Part shown: positions 24,268 to 34,453 of the stretch, one piece after another
How positions within the stretch are numbered: the first letter of the stretch is position 1
Layout: each line of letters opens with the position of its first letter
DNA from: Alphaproteobacteria bacterium
GTDB taxonomy: Bacteria > Pseudomonadota > Alphaproteobacteria > UBA8366 > GCA-2717185
NCBI GenBank assembly: GCA_021774385.1
Contig: JAJFJC010000025.1
Coordinates: 1 to 53,590 of the forward strand
DNA length: 53,590 bases
Direction of reading: 5' to 3'
Position numbers and translations under genes: made by a program
The notes under the pieces: model-generated
What the model saw: only the letters and a program-made list of their open reading frames with translations
The model's database searches: none
Told to the model about the DNA's origin: nothing

Positions 24268-25326
24268 TTAGGCGGCGGTGGACCAACGCTCAGTGTTATG
24301 TCCCTCATACAACGCGGGAATACGCTGCAAATCTTGCACGATCTCGCGTTTGAAGCCGGCGGCGGTTCCCTCCGGGAAGGCCAATCGAATTGAGTCCGCG
24401 CCCTCGAACCGCTCCTCGATGGCGCTGGCGATAGTGTCATAGGTCCCGACCGCCGCGAACAGGCGAACCACATCATCGGGAACCTCACCGGCGAGCTTAT
24501 CCCACTGGCCGTCCGCCACCATGCGGTGGAGTTTCAGCCCAAGATCCTCCAACCCGTACAGTTCCCATACGGGAAAATAGGTCCGCGTCGAACCGTAAAA
24601 GCCGACCCGGTAGCGGACGCCATCGACCATTTTCGCCACGGCCTCTTCATCCGAACCCGTGGCGACGAAACCGCCGCCGAAAATTTCGATGTCCTTGCGT
24701 TCGCGGCCGCTCTGCGCCAACCCTTCCTGGATATGGGCCATGCAGACTTCTTCCATATAGCGGCGTGTGCAGAACGAATGCAGGCGCACGCCATCGGCGA
24801 CGCGGCCACCGACCCGCAGCATCGCGGGACCCACGGCGGCGAGCGATATCGCGGGCATTGGTAGATCGGTCTTTGGCGGCGAAAATTCTGGTGTCATGAG
24901 TGTGAAATTGTAATGTTTCCCGACGTAATTGAGCTTCTCGCCGGTCTCCCAGCAGCGCCAAATCGCCCGCAAACTTTCGATATACTCCTGCATCCGCGGT
25001 GCCGGCGCGGACCACGGCGCGCTGAAGCGGCGCTCATTGTGCCCCTTAACCTGGCTGCCGAGCCCCAAATAGAAACGGCCACCGGAATTGGCATGTAGGT
25101 CCCAAGACATATTGGCCACGATCATGGGACTGCGGGCAAACGCGATCGCGATTCCCGTGGATAGCTCCACCTTCTTCGTTGTTTGCGACGCTAGAACGAG
25201 CCGCATGAAAGGTTCATGCGCCAATTCGGCCGTCGAAATTGAGTCGAACCCGATATCTTCCGCATCCGCCGCGGCGGAACCAATTTCCGACCATGGCCCG
25301 GAAGGCAGGCCAATATCCACTTTCAT
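24268..25326 (-). CDS. Luciferase-like (LLM class) flavin/F420-dependent oxidoreductase
   Basis: FDSISTAELAHEPF, RFYLGLGSQVKGHNERRF. ATG at 25326 (MKVDIGL) is preferred; the track extension to 25482 is Arg/Cys-rich and unlike the family. Confidence 0.8.
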   Translation of the reverse strand: MKVDIGLPSGPWSEIGSAAADAEDIGFDSISTAELAHEPFMRLVLASQTTKKVELSTGIAIAFARSPMIVANMSWDLHANSGGRFYLGLGSQVKGHNERRFSAPWSAPAPRMQEYIESLRAIWRCWETGEKLNYVGKHYNFTLMTPEFSPPKTDLPMPAISLAAVGPAMLRVGGRVADGVRLHSFCTRRYMEEVCMAHIQEGLAQSGRERKDIEIFGGGFVATGSDEEAVAKMVDGVRYRVGFYGSTRTYFPVWELYGLEDLGLKLHRMVADGQWDKLAGEVPDDVVRLFAAVGTYDTIASAIEERFEGADSIRLAFPEGTAAGFKREIVQDLQRIPALYEGHNTERWSTAA

Positions 25327-25523
25327 TCCATCATTTCCTTCAGACTGTTTGGGAACCGTGTGCGCGAACCGCCGTATCCACGGTTTAACGAGTGGCGAAA
25401 TAATGCGACCCAAGCCGCTTTTCGGCAAGCAAACTTCGCGGCAATCGTCACCACGGCACGGTTGACAACCGTACCGGCGCATTCGATTCTCGGCTTCCCC
25501 GACCTTGAAATACGGAAATTATC

Positions 25524-27119
25524 ATGACAAGGCGTCTTTCTGTCCCCGAGGTAACGTCGATTCTCGCCGATGGTGGCGAAATTGCTTTCATCGACGTGCG
25601 CGAGATCGTCCCGTTCGGGACCGGTCATCCACTACTCGCGGCCAATGTGCCGTTGTCTCGCATGGAATTGGATTTTGGAAGGCTTGTTCCCAGACTAGAT
25701 ACGCGAATTGTGTTTACCGATGGCGGCGATGGCCTATCCGAACTCGCGGCGGCTCGAATTGAAGCGCGGCGTTATACAAATGTGTCGGTATTGGACGGTG
25801 GCGCACCGGCTTGGACAGCTGCCGGCGAAGCCTTATTCCCCGAAATCGAAGTTCCCGCGAAAGGGTTCGGCGCATTCGCGAGAATCAACGGAAAACCGAA
25901 TTTCATCTCTCCCCCGGACCTCGATCGCGCCCTAAAGTCCGACGAAGATTGGGTCGTCCTCGATAGCCGGCCAAGCCGGGAATATGGTTGGGGCAACATC
26001 CCCGGCAGCACCAACGTACCGGGCGCCGATCTTGTCCGATGGTTCGATGATTTGGTACCCAATCCAAACACCAAGGTCGTCGTTAATTGCATGAGCGGAA
26101 CCCGAGGTATCCTGGGCGGTCTGAGCTTGGTTGCCGCTGGCGTTCCCAACGAAGTCCGTGTCTTGTTCCACGGCACCCGCGGCTGGCTCCTGGATGGGTT
26201 GGCGCTTGAGAAAGGTGCGAACCGCAAGGCGGGGCCGGTCTCGGCTGAGTCCCGCGCGGCAGGTGTCGCCCGTGCCGCCCGGATCGCGGAAAATGCCAAC
26301 ATCCAGCGAATCGATACGAACACGCTCGAAGGCTGGCTTGGCGAGCCCGACCGCACGACGTATCTCTTCGATGTCCGGAGCCGGCAAGAATTCGAAGCGG
26401 GCCATATACCGGGATCATGCTGCACGCCGGAAGGCACGCTGCCGATGAGCCCCGAGCGTTATTTCGCGACCTCGAACGCGCGCTATGTCCTGATCGACGA
26501 CGATACCGTGCGCGCAACGGTAACGGCATTATGGCTCAGGCAAATGGGATGGGGCGACGTTGTCGTCCTTCTGGACGGACTAGAGGGAACGCCCCTTGAA
26601 ACAGGACCTGAGCCTGCACCAGAAATCGAACCTTCCATAAACCAGTCACCGGAAATTAACCCAAAGAACCTTGAAGCACTTTGCAAGGCGGGATCGGTCC
26701 GGATCATCGATACCGGCACGTCGGACGCCTACGAAGCAGGGCATATTTGCGGTGCGATCTGGTGCTCGCGTGTCGCACTATCTGAATTTTTGGCTTCAGA
26801 ACCACACGATGGCGCGACGGTCTTGACCAGTGAAGAGGGGATAGTCGCCAGTCTCGCGGCGGGAGATTTACCGCCAGCGGTTCAAGAAACATTGTCCGTG
26901 CTAAAGGGCGGGAATACCGCGTGGCGCGGTGCAGGGCACGAACTCGTAACCGGAGCCGAAGATTTGGCATCGGCACGAGACGACCACTGGCTGGCGTCCT
27001 CGGAACGGCCTGGCGATGTCCGCCAAAACGTTGTCGATTATCTGGAATGGGAAATTACACTATTGGACGATATCGCGCGCGGCGGACCGGTTCCCTATCA
27101 AAACCTGATTTGGAACTAA
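25524..27119 (+). CDS. Multi-rhodanese-domain sulfurtransferase-like protein
   Basis: Four tandem rhodanese-like modules of about 120-130 aa. Only one carries an active-site loop (VVNCMSGTRG). Confidence 0.75.
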   Translation: MTRRLSVPEVTSILADGGEIAFIDVREIVPFGTGHPLLAANVPLSRMELDFGRLVPRLDTRIVFTDGGDGLSELAAARIEARRYTNVSVLDGGAPAWTAAGEALFPEIEVPAKGFGAFARINGKPNFISPPDLDRALKSDEDWVVLDSRPSREYGWGNIPGSTNVPGADLVRWFDDLVPNPNTKVVVNCMSGTRGILGGLSLVAAGVPNEVRVLFHGTRGWLLDGLALEKGANRKAGPVSAESRAAGVARAARIAENANIQRIDTNTLEGWLGEPDRTTYLFDVRSRQEFEAGHIPGSCCTPEGTLPMSPERYFATSNARYVLIDDDTVRATVTALWLRQMGWGDVVVLLDGLEGTPLETGPEPAPEIEPSINQSPEINPKNLEALCKAGSVRIIDTGTSDAYEAGHICGAIWCSRVALSEFLASEPHDGATVLTSEEGIVASLAAGDLPPAVQETLSVLKGGNTAWRGAGHELVTGAEDLASARDDHWLASSERPGDVRQNVVDYLEWEITLLDDIARGGPVPYQNLIWN

Positions 27120-27125
27120 GTCCGC

Positions 27126-28115
27126 TCAGGTTAAATAGGCAAGACAGCCCGCGCTTTCCAGGATCGGGTCCAGCGGCGCCTTATCCGAAACAGCCGCATA
27201 GCGTTCCCGCAAAACCTTCAATGAGCGGGCGTGGTATTTTTGCGGCGGCTGAACATAGGCCTCGCCATCGAGGTTGACGGAGAAACTTTCAGCTCCCGCC
27301 GCCAATGCCGTGGCATTCGCCGTCGACCAGGGCAGGAAATAATCACCGATATTTTGCAGCAATGGCGCGAGTGTTGGACGCAGTTCGTCCCAGCTTTCAA
27401 AGGGGCCGTCATTGCGAGGTTCCGTCATCCGGTAGGCCCAGGCCAAAACATTCGGTGTCCGAGACCGGATGATAGCCCCGGCGGTCGGATCGAGGGCCAT
27501 TTCATAGACTTGGAGTCCCAATCCGAAATCGGCGAATGCCGGCCGGGCGCCGAACAGATATTTCCGAGTTTCAAGATGCGGCGCAAGAATTTCCAATAGC
27601 CGGTCGAGATAACCGGAAATCAACGGGGCGGTTGCATCGCTCGACCCGACGAAATGGCCACGCCCGGTCATGCGTTCGCGGATTTTCTCCGCCATTCGGT
27701 CGACCTTATCGCTGTCGCCATAGGGGTCAGCGCCACGCGCCAGGACCAGCGCAGTCGCGAGTTGGTCGGGCTTGGTGTACCAGCGGTGATGGAACATCAG
27801 CTTGTTGCCCCACTCGTCGCCGAATTCCTCGATCAGCGCCGACAGGAAAGCCAATGCGGGATCTTCTGGATGAATTGACGGTTCGGGAAACACCGCGTCG
27901 AGTTTCTCCATGATCGGTGTCGAGTCTTGTATTCCCGTCCCGTCCGGCGTCACGACCAAAGGGATAATTGGGAGACGCGCGAATTTTTGGAATTCTTCCT
28001 CATGTTGGCGGCGCGACAACCACTCATGCGGAATGCCCTTGTAGCGAAAATAGGCCCGGATCTTGACCGAGTAAGGCGACATCTCCGCCCCGAAAATCCT
28101 GTATTTTTCAACCAT
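27126..28115 (-). CDS. Glutathione S-transferase-family protein (long form)
   Basis: N-terminal thioredoxin-like fold with SPYS in the CPYC position, and a helical C-terminal domain. Confidence 0.7.
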   Translation of the reverse strand: MVEKYRIFGAEMSPYSVKIRAYFRYKGIPHEWLSRRQHEEEFQKFARLPIIPLVVTPDGTGIQDSTPIMEKLDAVFPEPSIHPEDPALAFLSALIEEFGDEWGNKLMFHHRWYTKPDQLATALVLARGADPYGDSDKVDRMAEKIRERMTGRGHFVGSSDATAPLISGYLDRLLEILAPHLETRKYLFGARPAFADFGLGLQVYEMALDPTAGAIIRSRTPNVLAWAYRMTEPRNDGPFESWDELRPTLAPLLQNIGDYFLPWSTANATALAAGAESFSVNLDGEAYVQPPQKYHARSLKVLRERYAAVSDKAPLDPILESAGCLAYLT

Positions 28116-28132
28116 CCCTTTGCACCCCTTTT

Positions 28133-28798
28133 TTAGATCGAGGATTGAGACCGCGCCTGCGATTGAATGAATTGCTCCTTGCCAATATTAGCTGCGCGCT
28201 GCACGGCCGGACGGCCACCGACCCGTTTGAACCAGGCGCGCAAGTTCGGAAATTCCGTTAGATCGATGCCATAGGCTTTATACCCCCGAATCCACGGCCA
28301 GGACGCCATATCCGCGATAGAGTAATCGCCGCCCAGGAAGTCACGGTCGGCGAGCCGGCCTTCCATTACGCCGTACAGCCGAATGACTTCATTCGTGTAA
28401 CGCGCGACCGCGTAGTCAATTTTATCTTTCTTATAATTCCGGAAGTGCGCCGCCTGTCCCGCCATCGGGCCAAGGCCGCCGACTTGCCAGAACAGCCATT
28501 CCTCGACCGCGCTGCGCGCCCGCTGTTCCGCCGGATAGAACTTTCCCGTTTTGTTGCCGAGATATTGCAGAACCGCGCCGGATTCAAAAATAGAGATCGG
28601 TTCGCCACCAGGTCCTTCATGATCGACAATCGCGGGCATCCTGCCATTCGGTGAAATCTTCAGGAACGATTCCGAAAACTGCTCCTTCTCGCGCAAATTG
28701 ACGTATTTGATGTCGTAGGGAAGATCACACTCTTCCAACATGAGGGTAATTTTCCAGCCATTCGGCGTCGGCCAGAAGTAAAGATCGATTGGCGCCAT
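28133..28798 (-). CDS. yfcG: Nu-class glutathione S-transferase (YfcG-like disulfide reductase)
   Basis: IDLYFWPTPNGWKITLMLEE ... ISPNGRMPAIVDH ... ESGAVLQYL ... WLFWQVGGLGPM closely parallels E. coli YfcG as I recall it. Confidence 0.75.
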   Translation of the reverse strand: MAPIDLYFWPTPNGWKITLMLEECDLPYDIKYVNLREKEQFSESFLKISPNGRMPAIVDHEGPGGEPISIFESGAVLQYLGNKTGKFYPAEQRARSAVEEWLFWQVGGLGPMAGQAAHFRNYKKDKIDYAVARYTNEVIRLYGVMEGRLADRDFLGGDYSIADMASWPWIRGYKAYGIDLTEFPNLRAWFKRVGGRPAVQRAANIGKEQFIQSQARSQSSI

Positions 28799-28941
28799 TC
28801 TGAAGATCCCTGAATTGATAGCGTGTCTGGATACGGTTAAATGTCATTCTAGATACCCGGCCACGGTGACGGAACTCTATTCCGCGTCTTGCGGATAAGA
28901 CCTATGATCCGGCCCCGTATCGTAACTTTCGGAATTGAGAA

Positions 28942-31356
28942 ATGACGCCGTCCGGCGACCCTTCGAACCCGCAGCGTGTCACCATCGCGCAGGCCCTGGA
29001 AATTGCGATCCAGAATCACAACGCCGGGCACCTTGGTGAAGCACGGCGTATCTACGAGCAGATCTTGTCGGCAGCGCCGACGAACCATGACGCGCTGCAT
29101 CTGCTTGGGCTTATCGCGAATGAGCAAGGTGAAAACGAGCGGGCCGTCGCCCTGATCCAACAGGCCATCGCTCTTGCCCCCGGTGTCGGTGAAATGCACG
29201 GCAATCTGGGTCTTGTGTTTCAAGATTTGGAACGGCCGGCGGAAGCTGTCGCTTGTTTCGAGAAGGCGCTCGACCTCAACCCAAATTTCGCCGAGGGCCA
29301 TAACAATTTGGGTCTCGCGCGACAGGACCTGGGACGGCTCAAAGACGCTCTCGAGAGCTTCAAACGCGCCCTCGCCATAAATCCCCGTTTCGCCGAAGCG
29401 CATAGCAATTTAGGAAATGCGCTCAAGGAATCCGGACGGTTGGACGACGCGGCGGCAAGCCACCGTCGCGCTTTGAAAATCGCACCGGATTTCGCGGAAG
29501 CGCATAACAATTTAGGAAATGTTCTCCATGCGTTGGGACAGTTGGACGATGCAACCGAAAGCTTCCATACGGCGCTTCGCCTGAATCCGGAGTTTGCCGA
29601 GGCGCAAACCAATCTCGGCGGCGTATTGCAGGAGCAGGGCCGATTTGATGACGCCATCACGTGTTACCGGAATGCCCTTGCAAACAATCCCGTGCTCGCC
29701 GAGGCGCACAGCAATCTTGGCATTGCCCTGATGGAAACGGAGGCCCGGGAAGAAGCCCTTGCCTGTCATCGCAAAGCCGTGGCCTTGATGCCGGAAAACG
29801 ATGCTTTCTGGATCGGACTTGCCGCCTGTGTCGAGGTTCTAATACTTACATCGTCGGACCCTGAACTATTTGAAGATTTGCTTCAGCTCTTGGACCACCC
29901 GGCGATCGACCCTCAAGCCATCGCGCCATCGATCCTCGACGCGCTTCGTACTCATCCGGTGGTAGCGGCGGTCCTCGACGAAACGCCACAGATCAAAATC
30001 CTGGCCGCGGCTGAAAATCTTGCGACGATACCGCTCCTACTCCGAATTTTGACGCTGAGCCCTCTCAAGGATTTGGAAGTCGAAGCGATGCTCACGGCAC
30101 TGCGTCGCGGCCTCCTCGATTTGGCGTTGGAAAATGACACCGACGAGCGCGGCATCGACTTTCTCACCGCCTTGGCCCGCCATTGTTTCATCAATGAGTA
30201 TGTATTCAGCGAAACCGCGGAAGAGACCGAAAACATCGATCGGCTTCAAAGCAAGATTGACGCATTGTTAGCGTCGGAACAGAAGCCGTCGCCAGTGCAG
30301 TTCGCCGCATTCGCCGCGTACCGACCACTTCACGAACTGGAACGGGCCGACGATCTGATGCAGACGCCTTCGCCGAAAGCGGTGCAAGACCTCCTCACGC
30401 AGCAAATCGCCGAACCGCGCGCGGAACAAGCCGCGCGTGCTGACTTTCCGGCACTCACGCCCGTCGCAGGCGCCGTCTCCCAATCGGTCCGTGCGCAATA
30501 TGAGGAAAACCCCTATCCCCGTTGGATCAAATTCGCCGCACAACATAAACCCGCCATCATTGGCGAGGTTCTGCGAGGTGCGTCACTCCGTTTCGAATTG
30601 CGGGACTACCAGCCGCCGTCACAACCGAGAATCCTAATTGCGGGGTGCGGGACAGGTCAGCAAGCACTGCTTGCCGCCAGCCGATATCGGGATGCCGACA
30701 TTCTGGCCGTCGATTTGAGCCTGAGCAGCCTGTCCTATGCGCAACGAAAAACCCGTGAATACGGCGTCGGGAATATCCGCTATGCGAATGGCGACATCAT
30801 GGCGCTTGATGGTATGCAGCAGCGGTTCGACTTGATCGAATGTGTCGGCGTGCTCCACCATTTAGCCGACCCGCTCGCGGGCTGGCGGATACTTACCAAC
30901 CGGCTGGAAGCGGACGGTGTCATGAAGATCGGATTGTATAGCGAAACCGCGCGGCAAGATGTCGTGGCAGCGCGCGCCCTGATCGCCGAACGTGGTTATG
31001 ACACAACACCGGGCGGCATCCGCCATTGCCGCGAAGCGATCATGGCATTAGCGCAAGACGGCGATCCCGACATGGCCCGCCTAATCGGACGCAATAGCTT
31101 CTTCACGACGAGCGAATGCCGCGATCTCATATTCCATGTCCAAGAATACCGCTTCACATTGCCCCAGATCGAAACAGCGTTGGAGGCGCTTGGCCTGAAC
31201 TTTCTCGGTTTTGAAATGAGAAACCAGAATCTGCTACGGCAATTTAAGGAAAGCCACCCCGATGCGCTTACATCGCTCGCGAAATGGCATGCCTTCGAGC
31301 TTGAGAACCCGGAGACCTTTAGCGGCATGTACCAGTTCTGGGTTAGGAAACGTTAA
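28942..31356 (+). CDS. TPR-repeat protein fused to a class I SAM-dependent methyltransferase domain
   Basis: About eight 34-aa TPR units (AExHxNLGxxLxxxGRLDDAxxxxxxALxxxP) in the first 300 aa or so. C-terminal ILIAGCGTGQQAL (SAM motif I) and a DLIECVGVLHHL motif. Confidence 0.85.
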   Translation: MTPSGDPSNPQRVTIAQALEIAIQNHNAGHLGEARRIYEQILSAAPTNHDALHLLGLIANEQGENERAVALIQQAIALAPGVGEMHGNLGLVFQDLERPAEAVACFEKALDLNPNFAEGHNNLGLARQDLGRLKDALESFKRALAINPRFAEAHSNLGNALKESGRLDDAAASHRRALKIAPDFAEAHNNLGNVLHALGQLDDATESFHTALRLNPEFAEAQTNLGGVLQEQGRFDDAITCYRNALANNPVLAEAHSNLGIALMETEAREEALACHRKAVALMPENDAFWIGLAACVEVLILTSSDPELFEDLLQLLDHPAIDPQAIAPSILDALRTHPVVAAVLDETPQIKILAAAENLATIPLLLRILTLSPLKDLEVEAMLTALRRGLLDLALENDTDERGIDFLTALARHCFINEYVFSETAEETENIDRLQSKIDALLASEQKPSPVQFAAFAAYRPLHELERADDLMQTPSPKAVQDLLTQQIAEPRAEQAARADFPALTPVAGAVSQSVRAQYEENPYPRWIKFAAQHKPAIIGEVLRGASLRFELRDYQPPSQPRILIAGCGTGQQALLAASRYRDADILAVDLSLSSLSYAQRKTREYGVGNIRYANGDIMALDGMQQRFDLIECVGVLHHLADPLAGWRILTNRLEADGVMKIGLYSETARQDVVAARALIAERGYDTTPGGIRHCREAIMALAQDGDPDMARLIGRNSFFTTSECRDLIFHVQEYRFTLPQIETALEALGLNFLGFEMRNQNLLRQFKESHPDALTSLAKWHAFELENPETFSGMYQFWVRKR

Positions 31357-32360
31357 TCGGCGACCTTGACGGCCAGCTTGCCGGTCGTCGTCCCCTCGAA
31401 CAGCATGGTGAGGCCCTCGGGTGCTTTTTCAAGGCCGTCGAGAATATGCAGGCGCTGTTTGATGTCACCGGCCTTTAATTTCTCGGACAGCCACCGCCGC
31501 GCTTCATCATAGCGGTCGTTGAAATCCGACACGATGAAACCTTCCATCCGCGCCCGTTTGCCAATCAGCAAACCGACATTAGTTACGCCGTACAATTCAT
31601 CGGCGGCCGTCTGCGAGATCCGGCCGCAAATCACCGCGCGCCCCTTGTGACGCAAATTCGCAAGCGCGGCATCCAAGGTCGGGCCGCCGACATTGTCGAA
31701 ATAGACATCGACGCCATTCGGACATGCAGCCGAAATCGCGGCGGCGAGATCGGGTTCCGCCTTGTAATCGATCGCCGCGTCATAGCCCAGCTCTTCGGTA
31801 ATGAAGCGGCATTTCGCTGGGCCACCGGCGATACCGACGACACGGCACCCTTCGAGCCTCGCCACCTGTCCCGCGATCTGTCCAACGCCACCGGCCGCGC
31901 CCGAGACGAGCACTGTCTCCCCCGATGCAACACGGCCCACCTCCTTCACGCCGAACCATGCGGTCAGCGCAGTCGTGCCCAAGGGACCAATCCAATCCTC
32001 AAGCGAGCCGAGACCGAGGTCGAGCTTTTGCATTCCCGCCGCGCCCAAAGTGGGATGACTCTGCCAGCCAAGCCGCGCCTGTACGTAGTCGCCGGGCACG
32101 ATTCCATCGATACGGCTTTCGATGACACGCGCAATACCACCAGCCCGCATCACCGCGCCGATTTCGACCGGCGGCACATAGCCCGGATCTTCCTTAAGCC
32201 ACACGCGCATCGCCGGATCGACCGAAAGATAGACAGTTTCCAACAATGCTTCGCCTTCTTCGGGCTGACGGATTGGTTCGGTCGTTTCCTCGAAGTTATC
32301 CGGACCAGCCAGCCCCGTCGGGCGCGACTTCAGTTTCAATTGCCGGTTCGCATTTCGCAT
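31353..32360 (-). CDS. NADP-dependent medium-chain oxidoreductase (YncB/PTGR-like alkenal/one reductase)
   Basis: YLSVDPAMRVW, VSGAAGGVGQIAGQ. The stop codon overlaps the convergent TPR gene stop within TTAA. Confidence 0.8.
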   Translation of the reverse strand: MRNANRQLKLKSRPTGLAGPDNFEETTEPIRQPEEGEALLETVYLSVDPAMRVWLKEDPGYVPPVEIGAVMRAGGIARVIESRIDGIVPGDYVQARLGWQSHPTLGAAGMQKLDLGLGSLEDWIGPLGTTALTAWFGVKEVGRVASGETVLVSGAAGGVGQIAGQVARLEGCRVVGIAGGPAKCRFITEELGYDAAIDYKAEPDLAAAISAACPNGVDVYFDNVGGPTLDAALANLRHKGRAVICGRISQTAADELYGVTNVGLLIGKRARMEGFIVSDFNDRYDEARRWLSEKLKAGDIKQRLHILDGLEKAPEGLTMLFEGTTTGKLAVKVAD

Positions 32361-32455
32361 AAAGCCGTCTTCCTTTATCAGTCAGATTTTATTCGTCCAC
32401 GTGATCCCATAAACTGAACCTCACAACCCGCGCACGCAAACCGAAAGGACCCAAT

Positions 32456-33358
32456 ATGACCAACTGCATCCATGACCATTCCCGATGGGGCGCGGGAGAC
32501 CAACTCGGTGCGGGACACCTCCTGACACCAGCCAACACGCTGGCTGCCCTGAGTTCGGTTAACCAAGGACGGATCTACGACCTCAGTCATGTGATTGAAA
32601 TGGGGGCGCCGAAGATTGAACCGGTGCAGCTTCCCTATATCATTACGTCATCGGCGACTTCAGCGAACGGCATTAAGCGCCGCCGCGCGGCCGGGGCGGA
32701 AAACGATGCCGGCTCCAATCTCGAACGAATCGAAATGACGACCCATGTCGGCACCCACATCGACGCGCTGGGACACTTCACCAAGGGCGACCTGATGTAT
32801 GGCGGCCGCAGCTCGCTGGATGAAGTCGGTGACTGGGGGTTGGAAAATCTCGGCATCGAGCACGCGCCGTCGATCATTACGCGGGGTGTCTGCGTCGATG
32901 TTTCGGGCCTCGACGGTGGAGAATATTTGGAAGCCGGCCGCGCCGTAACCCGCGAGGATTTGGAACGCGCGCTGGACAAAGCTGATGTCGGGCTCCAACC
33001 CGGCGACGTATTCTGCGTGAATACCGGCTGGGGCCGGTTCTTCATGAAGGACAATGCGCGCTATGTGTCAGGCGAACCGGGAATCGAACTGGGCGCCGCT
33101 GAATGGCTCACCGGACAGGAGGTCGCCGCGATTTGTTGCGACAACATGGCCGTCGAGGTTCTGCCGGGCACCGAGCACCCTAAAGTCTCGATGCCGGTAC
33201 ACCAGCATTCCCTGGTCGAAGCCGGCGTCTATTTGGTCGAGAATTTGGTCATGGACGAATTGGTGCGCGATGCCGTCACGACATTCTGTTTCATCCTGCT
33301 GCCAACGAAGTTCAAGGGGGCGACCGGCTGTCCCGTGCGTCCCGTCGCGATTATTTAG
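32456..33358 (+). CDS. Cyclase-family protein (kynurenine-formamidase-like fold)
   Basis: THVGTHIDALGHF matches the HxGTHxDxPxH metal motif. Confidence 0.75.
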   Translation: MTNCIHDHSRWGAGDQLGAGHLLTPANTLAALSSVNQGRIYDLSHVIEMGAPKIEPVQLPYIITSSATSANGIKRRRAAGAENDAGSNLERIEMTTHVGTHIDALGHFTKGDLMYGGRSSLDEVGDWGLENLGIEHAPSIITRGVCVDVSGLDGGEYLEAGRAVTREDLERALDKADVGLQPGDVFCVNTGWGRFFMKDNARYVSGEPGIELGAAEWLTGQEVAAICCDNMAVEVLPGTEHPKVSMPVHQHSLVEAGVYLVENLVMDELVRDAVTTFCFILLPTKFKGATGCPVRPVAII

Positions 33359-33535
33359 GCGCAACGGTCCGCCAGCGTCCTGTAGGCCTAACCGTCACCT
33401 CCGACTTGATCGGGGGCCCAGGGCAACGTCTGACATTAACGGGAAAGCTAGATCCCTGATCGCTGCCTTTTCTTCACCAAATCGTAGATTTGGAGGAAAG
33501 CCGCGTCTGGGATGACCCGGAATGAGGAACCGCCC

Positions 33536-34402
33536 CTAAGCCGCAAACTCCGGCCACGCGCCTTTGCTGGAAATCGTCGTGCGCTGCATGAGACGGCGAT
33601 GCTTGTTGGTATCGTACGCGGTCGCGCGGTGTACCGCCGCTTGGTTATCCCAGACGATGGTATCCCCCGTTTGCCATTCGTGGCGCAGGCAGATTTCAGG
33701 TTGCGTTGCCCGCTCCTGCAGGTCGTCCAGCAAGGCACGTCCCTTCTCCGCCGGCCAACCAATAATCCCCTTGGCATGCGCGCCGATCAGGACCGACTTG
33801 CGACCATTTCCGGCATTGGTCCGCACGAACTTGTGCCGTACCGGTGGGAAGTGCGCCGACTCTTCAGCCGTAAACTTAAACCCAACAAGTCCGCGTGAAT
33901 GGTTGAAATCATGTTCGACCTCAAGCATATCTAGCTCTGCTTTCTCCGCGTCCGACAGGCTGTCATAGGCCACCCGGGTAGAGGCGAACTCAGTCGCCCC
34001 GCCTTCCGGCGGCACCTCGCGCGCGGACAGGATCGAGCACAGCGATACGGTCACCTTAAAGCTGCTGTCGGAATGCCACAGATAGTTGGCCTTCTGATAG
34101 AACATCCGCCGGTCGTCGGGTGGAATCACCTCACCGGTCTTCATATCCAGATTGGATTGGCGCGCGAAGACCGTGCCGGCAGCGGGGTTTGCCGTCTTGG
34201 TCCCCTCGCACGGCCCAAAGCGTTCGCTGAAGGCAATCTGCGTCTCGTCGTCCAAGGATTGCCCCGGAAAGATCAAAACCGAATAACGATCGAACGCCGC
34301 GCGAATTTCGCGAAAGACTTCGAAATCCAGCGGCACGGCGATATCGACACCCGTCACGCGGGCACCGAATTCGGGGGTTAAAGGGCTAACCTGTAATGAC
34401 AC
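33536..34402 (-). CDS. TauD/TfdA-family Fe(II)/2-oxoglutarate dioxygenase
   Basis: WHSDSSF (HxD facial triad) and a C-terminal WDNQAAVHRAT. Confidence 0.85.
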   Translation of the reverse strand: MSLQVSPLTPEFGARVTGVDIAVPLDFEVFREIRAAFDRYSVLIFPGQSLDDETQIAFSERFGPCEGTKTANPAAGTVFARQSNLDMKTGEVIPPDDRRMFYQKANYLWHSDSSFKVTVSLCSILSAREVPPEGGATEFASTRVAYDSLSDAEKAELDMLEVEHDFNHSRGLVGFKFTAEESAHFPPVRHKFVRTNAGNGRKSVLIGAHAKGIIGWPAEKGRALLDDLQERATQPEICLRHEWQTGDTIVWDNQAAVHRATAYDTNKHRRLMQRTTISSKGAWPEFAA

Positions 34403-34453
34403 GAAAATTTCTCCTCGAAAATTCTCCGTCTCAATATAGACGAAATTGCATTT

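Noticed and set aside
25327-25482. N-terminal extensions in the track ORFs 24268-25482 and 34454-35521, and smaller ones at 12356, 13063, 45895 and 47088.
   Set aside because: - The extensions are compositionally odd and unlike the families concerned.
- Internal starts with Shine-Dalgarno sequences, or ATGA coupling, give canonical N-termini.
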